32,743 bases of DNA from contig JAGLPV010000042.1 in NCBI GenBank assembly GCA_023137195.1, positions 1 through 32,743 on the forward strand, read 5' to 3'. Positions 19,443-28,031 of the stretch are shown here, piece by piece (within the stretch, counting starts at the first letter, position 1; each line of letters begins with the position of its first letter). The notes under the pieces were generated by a model. The model had not been told where the DNA came from. It saw nothing but the letters and a program-made list of their open reading frames with translations, and ran no database searches. This DNA is from Candidatus Aenigmatarchaeota archaeon (lineage in GTDB: Archaea; EX4484-52). Position numbers and translations under genes: made by a program.

Positions 19443-19556
19443 ATGTGGATGGATTTAGACAAATTAGATAATACAAAAAAATTAGAAATATTATTTTTCA
19501 TTATAATGCTTGCAGTACTTATATTTGTGGCGCTGAAGTATCACAACATTATATAA
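19443..19556 (+). CDS. Putative small single-pass membrane protein (37 aa)
   Basis: Translated by hand: MWMDLDKLDNTKKLEILFFIIMLAVLIFVALKYHNII. Starts 8 nt after the upstream stop. Confidence 0.45.
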   Translation: MWMDLDKLDNTKKLEILFFIIMLAVLIFVALKYHNII

Positions 19557-19594
19557 AAATCCCCTTGTACGAGATGAATTTTAGGCAGTAATTC

Positions 19595-20188
19595 TTAATT
19601 CCTCTCAGTTTGTTTTTCTTTTCCCTTGCTCAAATCAACAATAGTTGAAGACTTAAAACTCATTTCATTTGCATTTCCAAGCACAATATAATCTACCTTT
19701 TCTTTCAGTTCTTTTTTAAGCGAACTAAGCCGTCTTAAGACCCGGGCATCTCCACTTATGTTTGCAGAAGTTGTTATGAAAGGGACCTTTGCTTTTGCTA
19801 TGATTTTTTGAATTTTTGTATCCAGCATTCTTACCCCTACAGTACTTCCCGATGCCGTTGCAAGAGACAGGAACGATTTGTCCTTTTTTTTCAGGATGAG
19901 CGTGTAAGGTCCGGGAAGGTATGTTTTTATTGCATTTTCCTGGAGAAATCCCTCGACCATGCAGTTTTCATATATCCACTCCACAGACGGGGCAATGACA
20001 GACACCGGTTTTGTCAACAGTCTTTTTTTTATTTCAAATACTCTCAGCACCAGATCTTCCCTATATGCATTGCATCCAATCCCGTAAACCGTATCTGTGG
20101 GATAAATAAGTATTTTAGATTCTACAATTAGAGGAGTCAACCCCGAGACAGTTACCACTACAGGATTTGCTTTTCTATTTTTTCCCAC
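19595..20188 (-). CDS. tsaC: L-threonylcarbamoyladenylate synthase (YrdC/TsaC domain only)
   Basis: Motifs YPTDTVYGIG, IKKR, LPGPYT, TTSANISG and STIVDL. Confidence 0.9.
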   Translation of the reverse strand: MGKNRKANPVVVTVSGLTPLIVESKILIYPTDTVYGIGCNAYREDLVLRVFEIKKRLLTKPVSVIAPSVEWIYENCMVEGFLQENAIKTYLPGPYTLILKKKDKSFLSLATASGSTVGVRMLDTKIQKIIAKAKVPFITTSANISGDARVLRRLSSLKKELKEKVDYIVLGNANEMSFKSSTIVDLSKGKEKQTERN

Positions 20189-20236
20189 AGATTATTTTGT
20201 TTTCAACGTATATAAACCTTTTCGCTTCTTTAGAAT

Positions 20237-20509
20237 ATGGGCAATAATTCAATAATCAAGCCGTGCGCCGAGTCAAATGTTTTTGAGATACATCAGAAGA
20301 AAAAACATAACTTAAATTTGGACAGCACAGCAGATTGCCTGAAAAAAAAGTACAAAATCATCGTAGTTACCCCACATCTGGCAGTTGTTGAACAGGAAAA
20401 CAAAAGAACAAACATTTTCAAAAACGGAAGATTGCTGATAAAAAACGTGGATGAGGGAGAAGCAAACAAAATAGCAAAAGAGATTGAAGCGTGTTTTTCA
20501 GATTCATAA
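20237..20509 (+). CDS. Hypothetical protein
   Basis: 90-aa ORF divergent from tsaC and filling the intergenic space. Contains IFKNGRLLIKNV. Confidence 0.65.
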   Translation: MGNNSIIKPCAESNVFEIHQKKKHNLNLDSTADCLKKKYKIIVVTPHLAVVEQENKRTNIFKNGRLLIKNVDEGEANKIAKEIEACFSDS

Positions 20510-20523
20510 AATAATTTTATAGA

Positions 20524-22374
20524 TTATTTCTTAAACACTTTATCATATGCAAAATTATGCGCTTTTATATAATTTTTCGACAAAATTTTCCAGTCAACAT
20601 TTTGCACAAGTTTTTTAGCAATGTATTTTTGCCCGACCCATTCTTTTTTAGGCATTTTGATGAAAGTCGAAAGCAGCTTATGCAGTTCTGAAGAAATGCT
20701 TTCTTCTGATTTATTGTTACAGTTAAGAACATAGATGCCTCCTTTTTGATTTCTTGTCTTGTTCAGGTATTTTCCATACCCACTAAAATTTGTTGTTATA
20801 GAGGTCAGCCCAAGAGCTCCTGCCTCAACCGGAGTATATCCCCATGGCTCGTAAAGAGACGGGAAAATCCCGCAGCTGCATCCAGTAACAATCTCATCAT
20901 AATCCATTGACAAAAGCCTGTCTGTGCTCGACAAATAAGCCGGGTAAAATATAACTTTAACCCTGTCTTCTTTCCGGTTCAACAGATTTTTATTTTTCAA
21001 AGTGCTAAGAATGGCATCACTGTCCGGGTTTCTTAAATTAAATGCACACAGTGGCGGTCTCCCATCGGGTCTTTTAAATGCAATTGCCTGTTTTTTTAGC
21101 GACTGTACTTTTGCCTGCATCAAAAATTCTTTTATCTCTTCGTCCGTTTCAGCCGGGTCGCTTTCGCAGAAAATATCCAGCAGGGTTTCCTTGAATTCAT
21201 CATACAATTGTTCAATGTCGTTTTCTATTATATTTATTTTTTCAACGCCGATTATAACTTCTTCTTTCTCAGATACAATATCTGCCGGCACAAAAATAAA
21301 TGCAAACACATCTGTATCTGATTTTTCTTTTTTCAACTCTTCATTGAGTTTTGCAAGGGCATTAATATAGAAGTGAATTCCTTTATTGGTAAATTCATAT
21401 CTGCCGGAAAGAAACAATAGTCGGGGGTCTTCTGTATTTATTTTATAGTATGGAAGGAAATATGCTTTTAAGAATTTTATGATTTCCTTTTTGCATTCTG
21501 TATGCTTTATTGCCATCTCTTCCATGCTCGGATAATTATCCAGGCTTAATCCGTTCGGAAGCAGAACATCTGCTTTTTTGCCAAGCATGTATTGTGCTTC
21601 ATCCCCTGTAACTTCTGAAACAGTGGTAAATGCATCAGCATATTTAGCGCAGTTGACTTCAGTCTGGTGCTTTGACGGCACCCTATATTTATATTCTTCT
21701 CTCTTAGGTAGAGTCTGGTGAGTTTTAAGAGCATCATACACTTTAGACTGGAAATTTTTATCGCAACTCGACATTGTCCGTCCAAGCATTGTCGCATGTG
21801 TAGTAAATACAGTGCCTATCTTTGCTTTCTGGTGTTTTAAGTACAACAGTCCAACACCGCTCATCCATTCATGGAATTGCGCAACTATTTTTTTTGTACC
21901 AAATGCCTTTGATTTGGCTATTTCTTCCAGCAACAAACCAACCGCCCAGCTCCAGCAGACAGGATCATCAAACCACCAGTCGCTTTCAATAGAATCAATA
22001 CCATACCATTCCCAGAGGCGTGATTTTATCTCATTTAGATGCGGCTTGAAATCTTCAACATCAAGAAGAATAGTCTTTGGTTTTTCCGGCATTGCCCATT
22101 CTCCGTAAAAGCATTTTATCCCGAGTTTTGCCAAAGAATAAAACGCGCCTTTAAATTCAGGAGGCGTCTTCGTCTGGATGAATTCATATCTCGCATTATT
22201 TTGGTTATAGAACCCAATCAAAAAATAATTATCTTTATAGTATTTTACCATTGAAGGAACCTTTGATTTAACAACAGTATAAATACCTCCAACCTTATTT
22301 GCGACTTCATAAGACGTTTCGAAGAAAACATCTGCTTTTGGTCTAATCTCTTTTGCAGAAACAGTAGAAACCAT
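20524..22374 (-). CDS. Glycogen synthase, GT3 (eukaryote-like) family
   Basis: Motifs FETSYEVANKVGGIYTV, QFHEWM, FTTHATMLGR, SGRYEFTNKG and FPSLYEPWGYTPVE. Confidence 0.92.
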   Translation of the reverse strand: MVSTVSAKEIRPKADVFFETSYEVANKVGGIYTVVKSKVPSMVKYYKDNYFLIGFYNQNNARYEFIQTKTPPEFKGAFYSLAKLGIKCFYGEWAMPEKPKTILLDVEDFKPHLNEIKSRLWEWYGIDSIESDWWFDDPVCWSWAVGLLLEEIAKSKAFGTKKIVAQFHEWMSGVGLLYLKHQKAKIGTVFTTHATMLGRTMSSCDKNFQSKVYDALKTHQTLPKREEYKYRVPSKHQTEVNCAKYADAFTTVSEVTGDEAQYMLGKKADVLLPNGLSLDNYPSMEEMAIKHTECKKEIIKFLKAYFLPYYKINTEDPRLLFLSGRYEFTNKGIHFYINALAKLNEELKKEKSDTDVFAFIFVPADIVSEKEEVIIGVEKINIIENDIEQLYDEFKETLLDIFCESDPAETDEEIKEFLMQAKVQSLKKQAIAFKRPDGRPPLCAFNLRNPDSDAILSTLKNKNLLNRKEDRVKVIFYPAYLSSTDRLLSMDYDEIVTGCSCGIFPSLYEPWGYTPVEAGALGLTSITTNFSGYGKYLNKTRNQKGGIYVLNCNNKSEESISSELHKLLSTFIKMPKKEWVGQKYIAKKLVQNVDWKILSKNYIKAHNFAYDKVFKK

Positions 22375-22458
22375 ACTATATATTTTGTAAACTATATTTA
22401 AATATGTTTGTTTTTCTTGGGCGTTAAACTTATATTATTTAACCAGTAATAATCCCTC

Positions 22459-24213
22459 ATGGACAATACAAATAAAATTTTTGCATTTTTTATGCTGATT
22501 GCAATTTTAATGACATCAGGATGCTCAGATAATTTGCAGGAAATAAAAGAGAAGATTGACGACTGGAAATATGATTCACAGGCAAGTTCAGATGGGATTT
22601 CAAAAGGATTGGGCGGACTAAGTAATATAGGTTCAATGAAGTCAATGGCTGTCTCAGAATCAATGGCTGCATCAGGAGGAAACCTGGGATTCTCAACAGG
22701 AGGCGCAAAAGACATCAACAATTTCCGACAAAACATAAACAACAGCTATCTGCCGATATCTACGGACATAACATACGAAGGCTTATTTTACGACTATTAT
22801 TTTGACACAGGTCAGACAGAAGAATGCACAGAATTATTCTGCCCTTCTTACACTTACTCAATTTCCAAAGACCCTTTTTCCAACAAGGAAGAATATTACC
22901 TGTCTGTTGGATTGAATTCAGGCATAAAAGAAAGTGATTTCCAAAGGAAAAAACTAAACCTCGTTATTGTACTGGACATTTCAGGTTCAATGGGTTCGTC
23001 TTTCAACAGGTATTATTACGACCAGTTCGGCAGTAGAAGGACAAACGAACAAACAGAAGAAGAGGACAACGAGGATTACCATAAAAACAAGATGCAGATT
23101 GCATCAGAAGCAGTTGTGGGACTCATGGATCATCTAAACGACGACGACAGGTTCGGTATGGTGCTTTTTGACAGCAGTGCAGAATTGGCAAAACCATTGA
23201 GTCTTGTAGGAGAAACAGACATGCAGAAAATAAAAGACCACATCCTGGAAATTCATTCAAGAGGCGGGACACAAATGTCTGCCGGCATGAAGATGGGCAC
23301 AGAACAATTCAACGAGTTGACAGACATAAACCCTGACGAATACGAAAACAGGATAATATTTTTGACAGATGCAATGCCAAACATAGGAGAGACCAGCGAG
23401 CAAGGTCTTCTTGGCATGACCAATAAAAATTCACAAAACGGAATTTATTCAACTTTCATCGGCATCGGTGTTGATTTCAACACAGAATTGATAGAATACA
23501 TAACAAAAATAAGAGGAGCAAATTATTATTCCGTGCATAGCGCAAAAGAATTCAAGACCAGGATGGATGACGAATTTGAATACATGGTAACCCCATTAGT
23601 ATTTAATCTCCAGTTGACTCTGGATGCAGACGGCTACGAAATCCAAAAGGTTTACGGCTCCCCCGAAGCAGATGAAGCAACAGGAGAAATAATGAAAGTA
23701 AACACATTGTTTCCTTCAAAAGTAGAAGAAAACCAGACAAGAGGAGGACTAGTATTGTTGAAGCTAAAAAAATTATCACCAGATGCAAGCCTGAACCTTA
23801 AAGCAAGCTACGAAGACAGGAACGGAAAACCCGCGAATAATGAAAAAATCATTGAACTCGGAGACGAGGAAGCAGATTTTTACGAAAACACAGGAATCAG
23901 GAAAGGAATCCTCCTCTCCAGGTATGCAGACCTTATGAAAAACTGGATAAATGATGAAAGGCAAAGCTATTCAGACCCGGAACCAATACCACCATGCGTC
24001 AACAGAGAAATAGGAATAATCATACCTATGCCAATTGATCCACAGCTCGGAAAATGGGAACGCCAGTCAGTTACTCTCCAGGTTTCACAGCATTACAGGG
24101 ACTTGTTTGATGAGTTTAGCATTTACTTTGAGGAAGAGATGAACGCTCTTGAAGACGAGACTCTAAATCAGGAACTAGATGTATTAAGAACCCTTGCTGA
24201 GTACAGCAGCTAA
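22459..24213 (+). CDS. Secreted von Willebrand factor A domain protein
   Basis: Signal peptide ending TSGC, MIDAS DISGSM, GGT and FLTDAMPN. Confidence 0.88.
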   Translation: MDNTNKIFAFFMLIAILMTSGCSDNLQEIKEKIDDWKYDSQASSDGISKGLGGLSNIGSMKSMAVSESMAASGGNLGFSTGGAKDINNFRQNINNSYLPISTDITYEGLFYDYYFDTGQTEECTELFCPSYTYSISKDPFSNKEEYYLSVGLNSGIKESDFQRKKLNLVIVLDISGSMGSSFNRYYYDQFGSRRTNEQTEEEDNEDYHKNKMQIASEAVVGLMDHLNDDDRFGMVLFDSSAELAKPLSLVGETDMQKIKDHILEIHSRGGTQMSAGMKMGTEQFNELTDINPDEYENRIIFLTDAMPNIGETSEQGLLGMTNKNSQNGIYSTFIGIGVDFNTELIEYITKIRGANYYSVHSAKEFKTRMDDEFEYMVTPLVFNLQLTLDADGYEIQKVYGSPEADEATGEIMKVNTLFPSKVEENQTRGGLVLLKLKKLSPDASLNLKASYEDRNGKPANNEKIIELGDEEADFYENTGIRKGILLSRYADLMKNWINDERQSYSDPEPIPPCVNREIGIIIPMPIDPQLGKWERQSVTLQVSQHYRDLFDEFSIYFEEEMNALEDETLNQELDVLRTLAEYSS

Positions 24214-24347
24214 TCAGGGATAAAAGAAGTTGCCGAAGGCAATTTGGAAAAATGCCGAGCTGAGACATTTCATTTTATCCCTTGTTATACGAGGGCGAGG
24301 AGCGATAGTGACGAAAGCACAGCGTCTCTTCAAGTAGCCAGACGGAT
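24211..24347 (-). repeat. attC-like/dif-like hairpin site B
   Basis: On +: TAA-TCAGGG-ATAAAAGAAGT, TGCCGAAGGCAATTTGG, TTTCATTTTAT-CCCTTG-TTATACGAGGG, then GAGGAGCGATAGTGACGAAAG. Confidence 0.8.
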
Positions 24348-24969
24348 TTAATTTTCACTAATTAACCAAAAACCGCCGCTTTTTTCTTTTCCATGATATT
24401 CCATGGCATCAATTAATTTTTTTAGTTCAACTTTTCTTAATTTAGGCACATCTTTTCCAGGATCTATTAAAGAAACAATATTATTTTCAATTCCTTGAAT
24501 CAAAGAAACATGTCCGCAATCTCCTTTTCCATACAATTTTTCATTATTGAAACATACAATAATGTCATTATTCTTTCTGATATTTGAAATAATGAATTCT
24601 TTGACATCAGAAATATCTTTGACAAAAAAATATATTTCTTTGAGATTAATATTATTTTTCTGAAAATAATTATTTATTGAATATTGTTTCTTTCCGACCT
24701 GTGTACCATATCCCTCAATTGGCTTTTTGCCAGTTCTGACTTTTGTGTAAAGATGTACCTTTTCTTTTGGAACAGTTAAACCAAAATCATATCCTATTTC
24801 ATCTTGTGTGCCATGGAATATTTTTCTTCTGTCTAAAATCATAGAAATGCATGTTGGAACACAACAATATGGTTTTTGATCAAGTGATTTGTAAGGCGGT
24901 TTTTGGTTCATGTCTATTTGAAATTATACTAAGTTTATATACATTTCGAGTGAGGACTATTTCGTATAA
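24214..24969 (-). mobile_element. Putative gene cassette B carrying the peptidase-like gene
   Basis: Hairpin site at 24211-24347 downstream of the gene. The far end ATTTCGTATAA (24959-24969) supplies the arm complementary to the inner arm TTATACGA (24285-24292). TAAT is present at both junctions. Confidence 0.75.
24348..24911 (-). CDS. Papain-like/C39-like cysteine peptidase domain protein
   Basis: Q-x3-CC nucleophile region (DQKPYCCVPTCISMIL), GHVSLI and LIDP give the Q/C/H/D order of C39-like peptidases. Confidence 0.65.
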   Translation of the reverse strand: MNQKPPYKSLDQKPYCCVPTCISMILDRRKIFHGTQDEIGYDFGLTVPKEKVHLYTKVRTGKKPIEGYGTQVGKKQYSINNYFQKNNINLKEIYFFVKDISDVKEFIISNIRKNNDIIVCFNNEKLYGKGDCGHVSLIQGIENNIVSLIDPGKDVPKLRKVELKKLIDAMEYHGKEKSGGFWLISEN

Positions 24970-24990
24970 TATCCTAGAGACAGAATCGTT

Positions 24991-25113
24991 TAAATCCACA
25001 AGATTCTTACGATTAACACAGATAAAGATAATCTCGTGAAAATCTGTGTAATCTGTGGATTAAAATCACTTTCCTGTTGGTTCCGTGGGTTCCGTGTTTT
25101 CCGTGGATTAAAA
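24991..25113 (+). repeat. Intergenic palindromic repeat family, copy 3
   Basis: TAAATCCACAAGATT..TTAACACAGAT, AATCTCGTGAAAATCTGTGTAATCTGTGGATTAAA, then TTCCGTGGGTTCCGTGTTTTCCGTGGATTAAA. Confidence 0.88.
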
Positions 25114-25148
25114 TGAATATATTTAAATGTTAACACAAAATAAGTTAT

Positions 25149-26000
25149 ATGAAAAAAACATACGTATTCACAATATTATCAATATTGCTTTTAACTTCAG
25201 GATGCACCACCACCAATGTAGTACAGACCCCGGGTGGCGTCGACATTCTTGATTTTTCTCCGCTCCCGGATACAGTCTATAGCGGCGAAGAAGCAAAGCT
25301 GATTTATGAAATCCAGAACAATGGAGCGTATGATTCCAATATTGAAGTATATCTTGAAAAAATAGACACAGACAAATGGAGTGCAACAGAGACATCCACA
25401 ACAATAAGCAGTCTTCCAAAAAAACAACAAAAGGTAGAAGGAGGAAAAGAAATAGGTTTTTTTAGCATAACCGCCCCGGAAATAGACAAGAATACAAGGC
25501 AGATATTCAATGCAGAATTGAAGATGTGTTATTTATACAAAACACAAACAGTATTCAAATACGACATTACAAACTCTTTTGAAAAACAAAAGAAAATAGA
25601 ACAGGGAACATACGCCAGAAAAATACCCTTTTACAGGAATTCCATATCTCCCTTGCTGGTAGAACCTCTTACAAAAGAGCCCCTTTACGGCGGGAAAGAT
25701 GAAGTGACGCTTTCATTCAGAGTAAAAGACCACGAGAGAGGAATGCTTATAAATTCAAACACATGCGTGCAAAACCCGGATGCAGGAGAATTCAATAATT
25801 ACCAGTATACTCTGACCTCACCGGATGCAGGTATTACAATAACATGCGATGAAGACACAGTCCGTCTGGTGGATGGCATCTCAATCTTTTACTGCACATT
25901 AAGCGGCATAAGCGGGAAAACTTCCGTTACCTTGACAATGACATCAGAGTATGCTTATTACCAGTCAAAGAGTACGAGAATAACTGTTAACGGGATTTGA
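25149..26000 (+). CDS. Secreted/surface hypothetical protein (beta-rich)
   Basis: Signal peptide ending LTSGC, beta-strand pattern (YEIQNNG, CYLYKT) and several cysteines. Confidence 0.75.
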   Translation: MKKTYVFTILSILLLTSGCTTTNVVQTPGGVDILDFSPLPDTVYSGEEAKLIYEIQNNGAYDSNIEVYLEKIDTDKWSATETSTTISSLPKKQQKVEGGKEIGFFSITAPEIDKNTRQIFNAELKMCYLYKTQTVFKYDITNSFEKQKKIEQGTYARKIPFYRNSISPLLVEPLTKEPLYGGKDEVTLSFRVKDHERGMLINSNTCVQNPDAGEFNNYQYTLTSPDAGITITCDEDTVRLVDGISIFYCTLSGISGKTSVTLTMTSEYAYYQSKSTRITVNGI

Positions 26001-26034
26001 TTAATTTTTAAGAAAATATAGTATATTAGATATT

Positions 26035-27825
26035 ATGGACAACATAAGAATTGCAGTAGTGAACAAAAAAAAATGCACCCCAAAAAGATGCGCCCACGAG
26101 TGTTATAATTTTTGTCCGAAAGTAAGAGCAGGAGCAAGCACAATAAAAGTAGGAACCAAATGCATTGAAATCACAGAAGACCTGTGCATCGGTTGCGGTA
26201 TTTGTGTAAAAAAATGCCCGTTCAAAGCAATATCCATAGTAAATTTATCATGCGACTTAGGCAGTGTCGTCCATCAATACGGCAAAAACACATTCAGGTT
26301 ATACAATCTTCCAATGCCCAGGAAAGGAGATATCGTCGGTCTGATTGGTCAGAATGCAATCGGAAAGACAACAACTATAGAGTTGTTTTCAGGAAGCGAA
26401 ATCCCGAACATGGGAGAATATGACCAAAAAACAACAAAGGAAGAAAAATACGACAAATTAATAAAAACATACAGGGCAAGTTCCCTGCATAATTTTTTTT
26501 CAGAACTCAAAAAAAATAAGATAACTTCCGCCTACAAACCCCAGAAAATAGACAGGTTGGTCGCCACATTTGACAGCAAAGACACAGTTGGAGATGTTAT
26601 CAAAAAAACAAAACTAAATGAAAAAAAAGTAATTGACTTGCTAAAGGACATAAACAATGATGATGCAGACAGCGATTTTCTGGATAAAAAAGCAAAGAAT
26701 TTGAGCGGTGGAGAAGTCCAAAAACTGGCAATTGCAATAACTCTTTGCAAGGACAGGGACATTTATTTTTTTGACGAACCCTCGTTATATTTAGACATCT
26801 ACAACCGATTAAGCGTTGCAAGACACATAAAAAAATTAAAAGAAAAAGATGCGTATTGTTTTGTCGTAGAGCACGACCTTGCAATCGTAGATTATATGTG
26901 CGATTATGTCCACATGTATTTTGGAAAGCAGGGAGTTTACGGCGCAGTTTCAGACCCATATTCAGCAAACCAGGGAATCAACACATACCTGAGTGGATAT
27001 TTAAAAGACAAGAATATCCGCTTCCGTGACAAGGCACTTGTCTTTGATTTCACTTCGCAAAAAACAGTTTCAGAAAAAGTTGTTTTCAAATATCCTTCAT
27101 TCACAAAAAAATACACAGGATTCAATCTCAAATGCGAGGGAGGAACACTTAACGAAGGAGAAGTTGTAGGAATTTTCGGCGCAAATGCGCTCGGGAAAAC
27201 CACATTCGCAAAAATACTTGCAGGAGTTGAAAAGAGCGACGAGAAAGTAAAACTAAAAACCAAGATATCCTACAAGCCACAATATTTAGAAAGCGATTTT
27301 AAAGGAAAAGTAGAGGATATAATTTATTCTTCGGACTGCCAGATGAAGGATTTCATGGAAATATCCCAGCACCTGAGAATCGGAGACATTCTTCAAAGGC
27401 AGGTCGCAACATTGAGCGGAGGAGAATTGCAGAGACTCGCAATCGCAATTTGCATGAGCAGGGATGCAGACATCTATCTCCTGGATGAGCCGAGTGCTTA
27501 CTTGGATGTTGAAGAAAGAGTCAGGCTGTCAAGAATCATAAGAGACATAACCCAGCTAAAACTAAAATCCACTCTGGTAATAGACCACGACATGATTTTT
27601 CTGAACTATACTGCCGACAAATCCATAGTATTTACCGGCAAGAGTGGAAAGAGCGGTTTTGCAGATAAACCAAAAGACCTTTATGCTGGATTCAACAGGT
27701 TTTTGAGCGAGTTAAACATAACCTTCCGGCTGGACAAGGAAACAAAAAGACCAAGAGCAAACAAGGAAAATTCCCAGAGAGATAGGACACAAAAAGAAAA
27801 AGGACAATATCTTGCTTTGGAATGA
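26035..27825 (+). CDS. abce1: Ribosome recycling ATPase ABCE1 (RLI)
   Basis: N-terminal Fe-S motifs (CxPxxCxxECxxxCP, CIGCGICVKKCP), two ABC domains, and C-terminal RPRANK. Confidence 0.96.
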   Translation: MDNIRIAVVNKKKCTPKRCAHECYNFCPKVRAGASTIKVGTKCIEITEDLCIGCGICVKKCPFKAISIVNLSCDLGSVVHQYGKNTFRLYNLPMPRKGDIVGLIGQNAIGKTTTIELFSGSEIPNMGEYDQKTTKEEKYDKLIKTYRASSLHNFFSELKKNKITSAYKPQKIDRLVATFDSKDTVGDVIKKTKLNEKKVIDLLKDINNDDADSDFLDKKAKNLSGGEVQKLAIAITLCKDRDIYFFDEPSLYLDIYNRLSVARHIKKLKEKDAYCFVVEHDLAIVDYMCDYVHMYFGKQGVYGAVSDPYSANQGINTYLSGYLKDKNIRFRDKALVFDFTSQKTVSEKVVFKYPSFTKKYTGFNLKCEGGTLNEGEVVGIFGANALGKTTFAKILAGVEKSDEKVKLKTKISYKPQYLESDFKGKVEDIIYSSDCQMKDFMEISQHLRIGDILQRQVATLSGGELQRLAIAICMSRDADIYLLDEPSAYLDVEERVRLSRIIRDITQLKLKSTLVIDHDMIFLNYTADKSIVFTGKSGKSGFADKPKDLYAGFNRFLSELNITFRLDKETKRPRANKENSQRDRTQKEKGQYLALE

Positions 27826-28031
27826 TTTTATTATTTTTAACTTCTTTTATCCATAATGTTAAATGAAATAATTTTTAGTGGCTCAGAATAGAAAGGGGGG
27901 CAATTCAAAAAAAACGGAGGGGCTAGTCCTAACAGACATTTACACTCACTTCGTTCGAAATCTATAAGGGTGTTCTTTAAAATAAAATCCTTTATAAAGA
28001 AGAGACAATATCTTATTTATGGGGCAATAAA

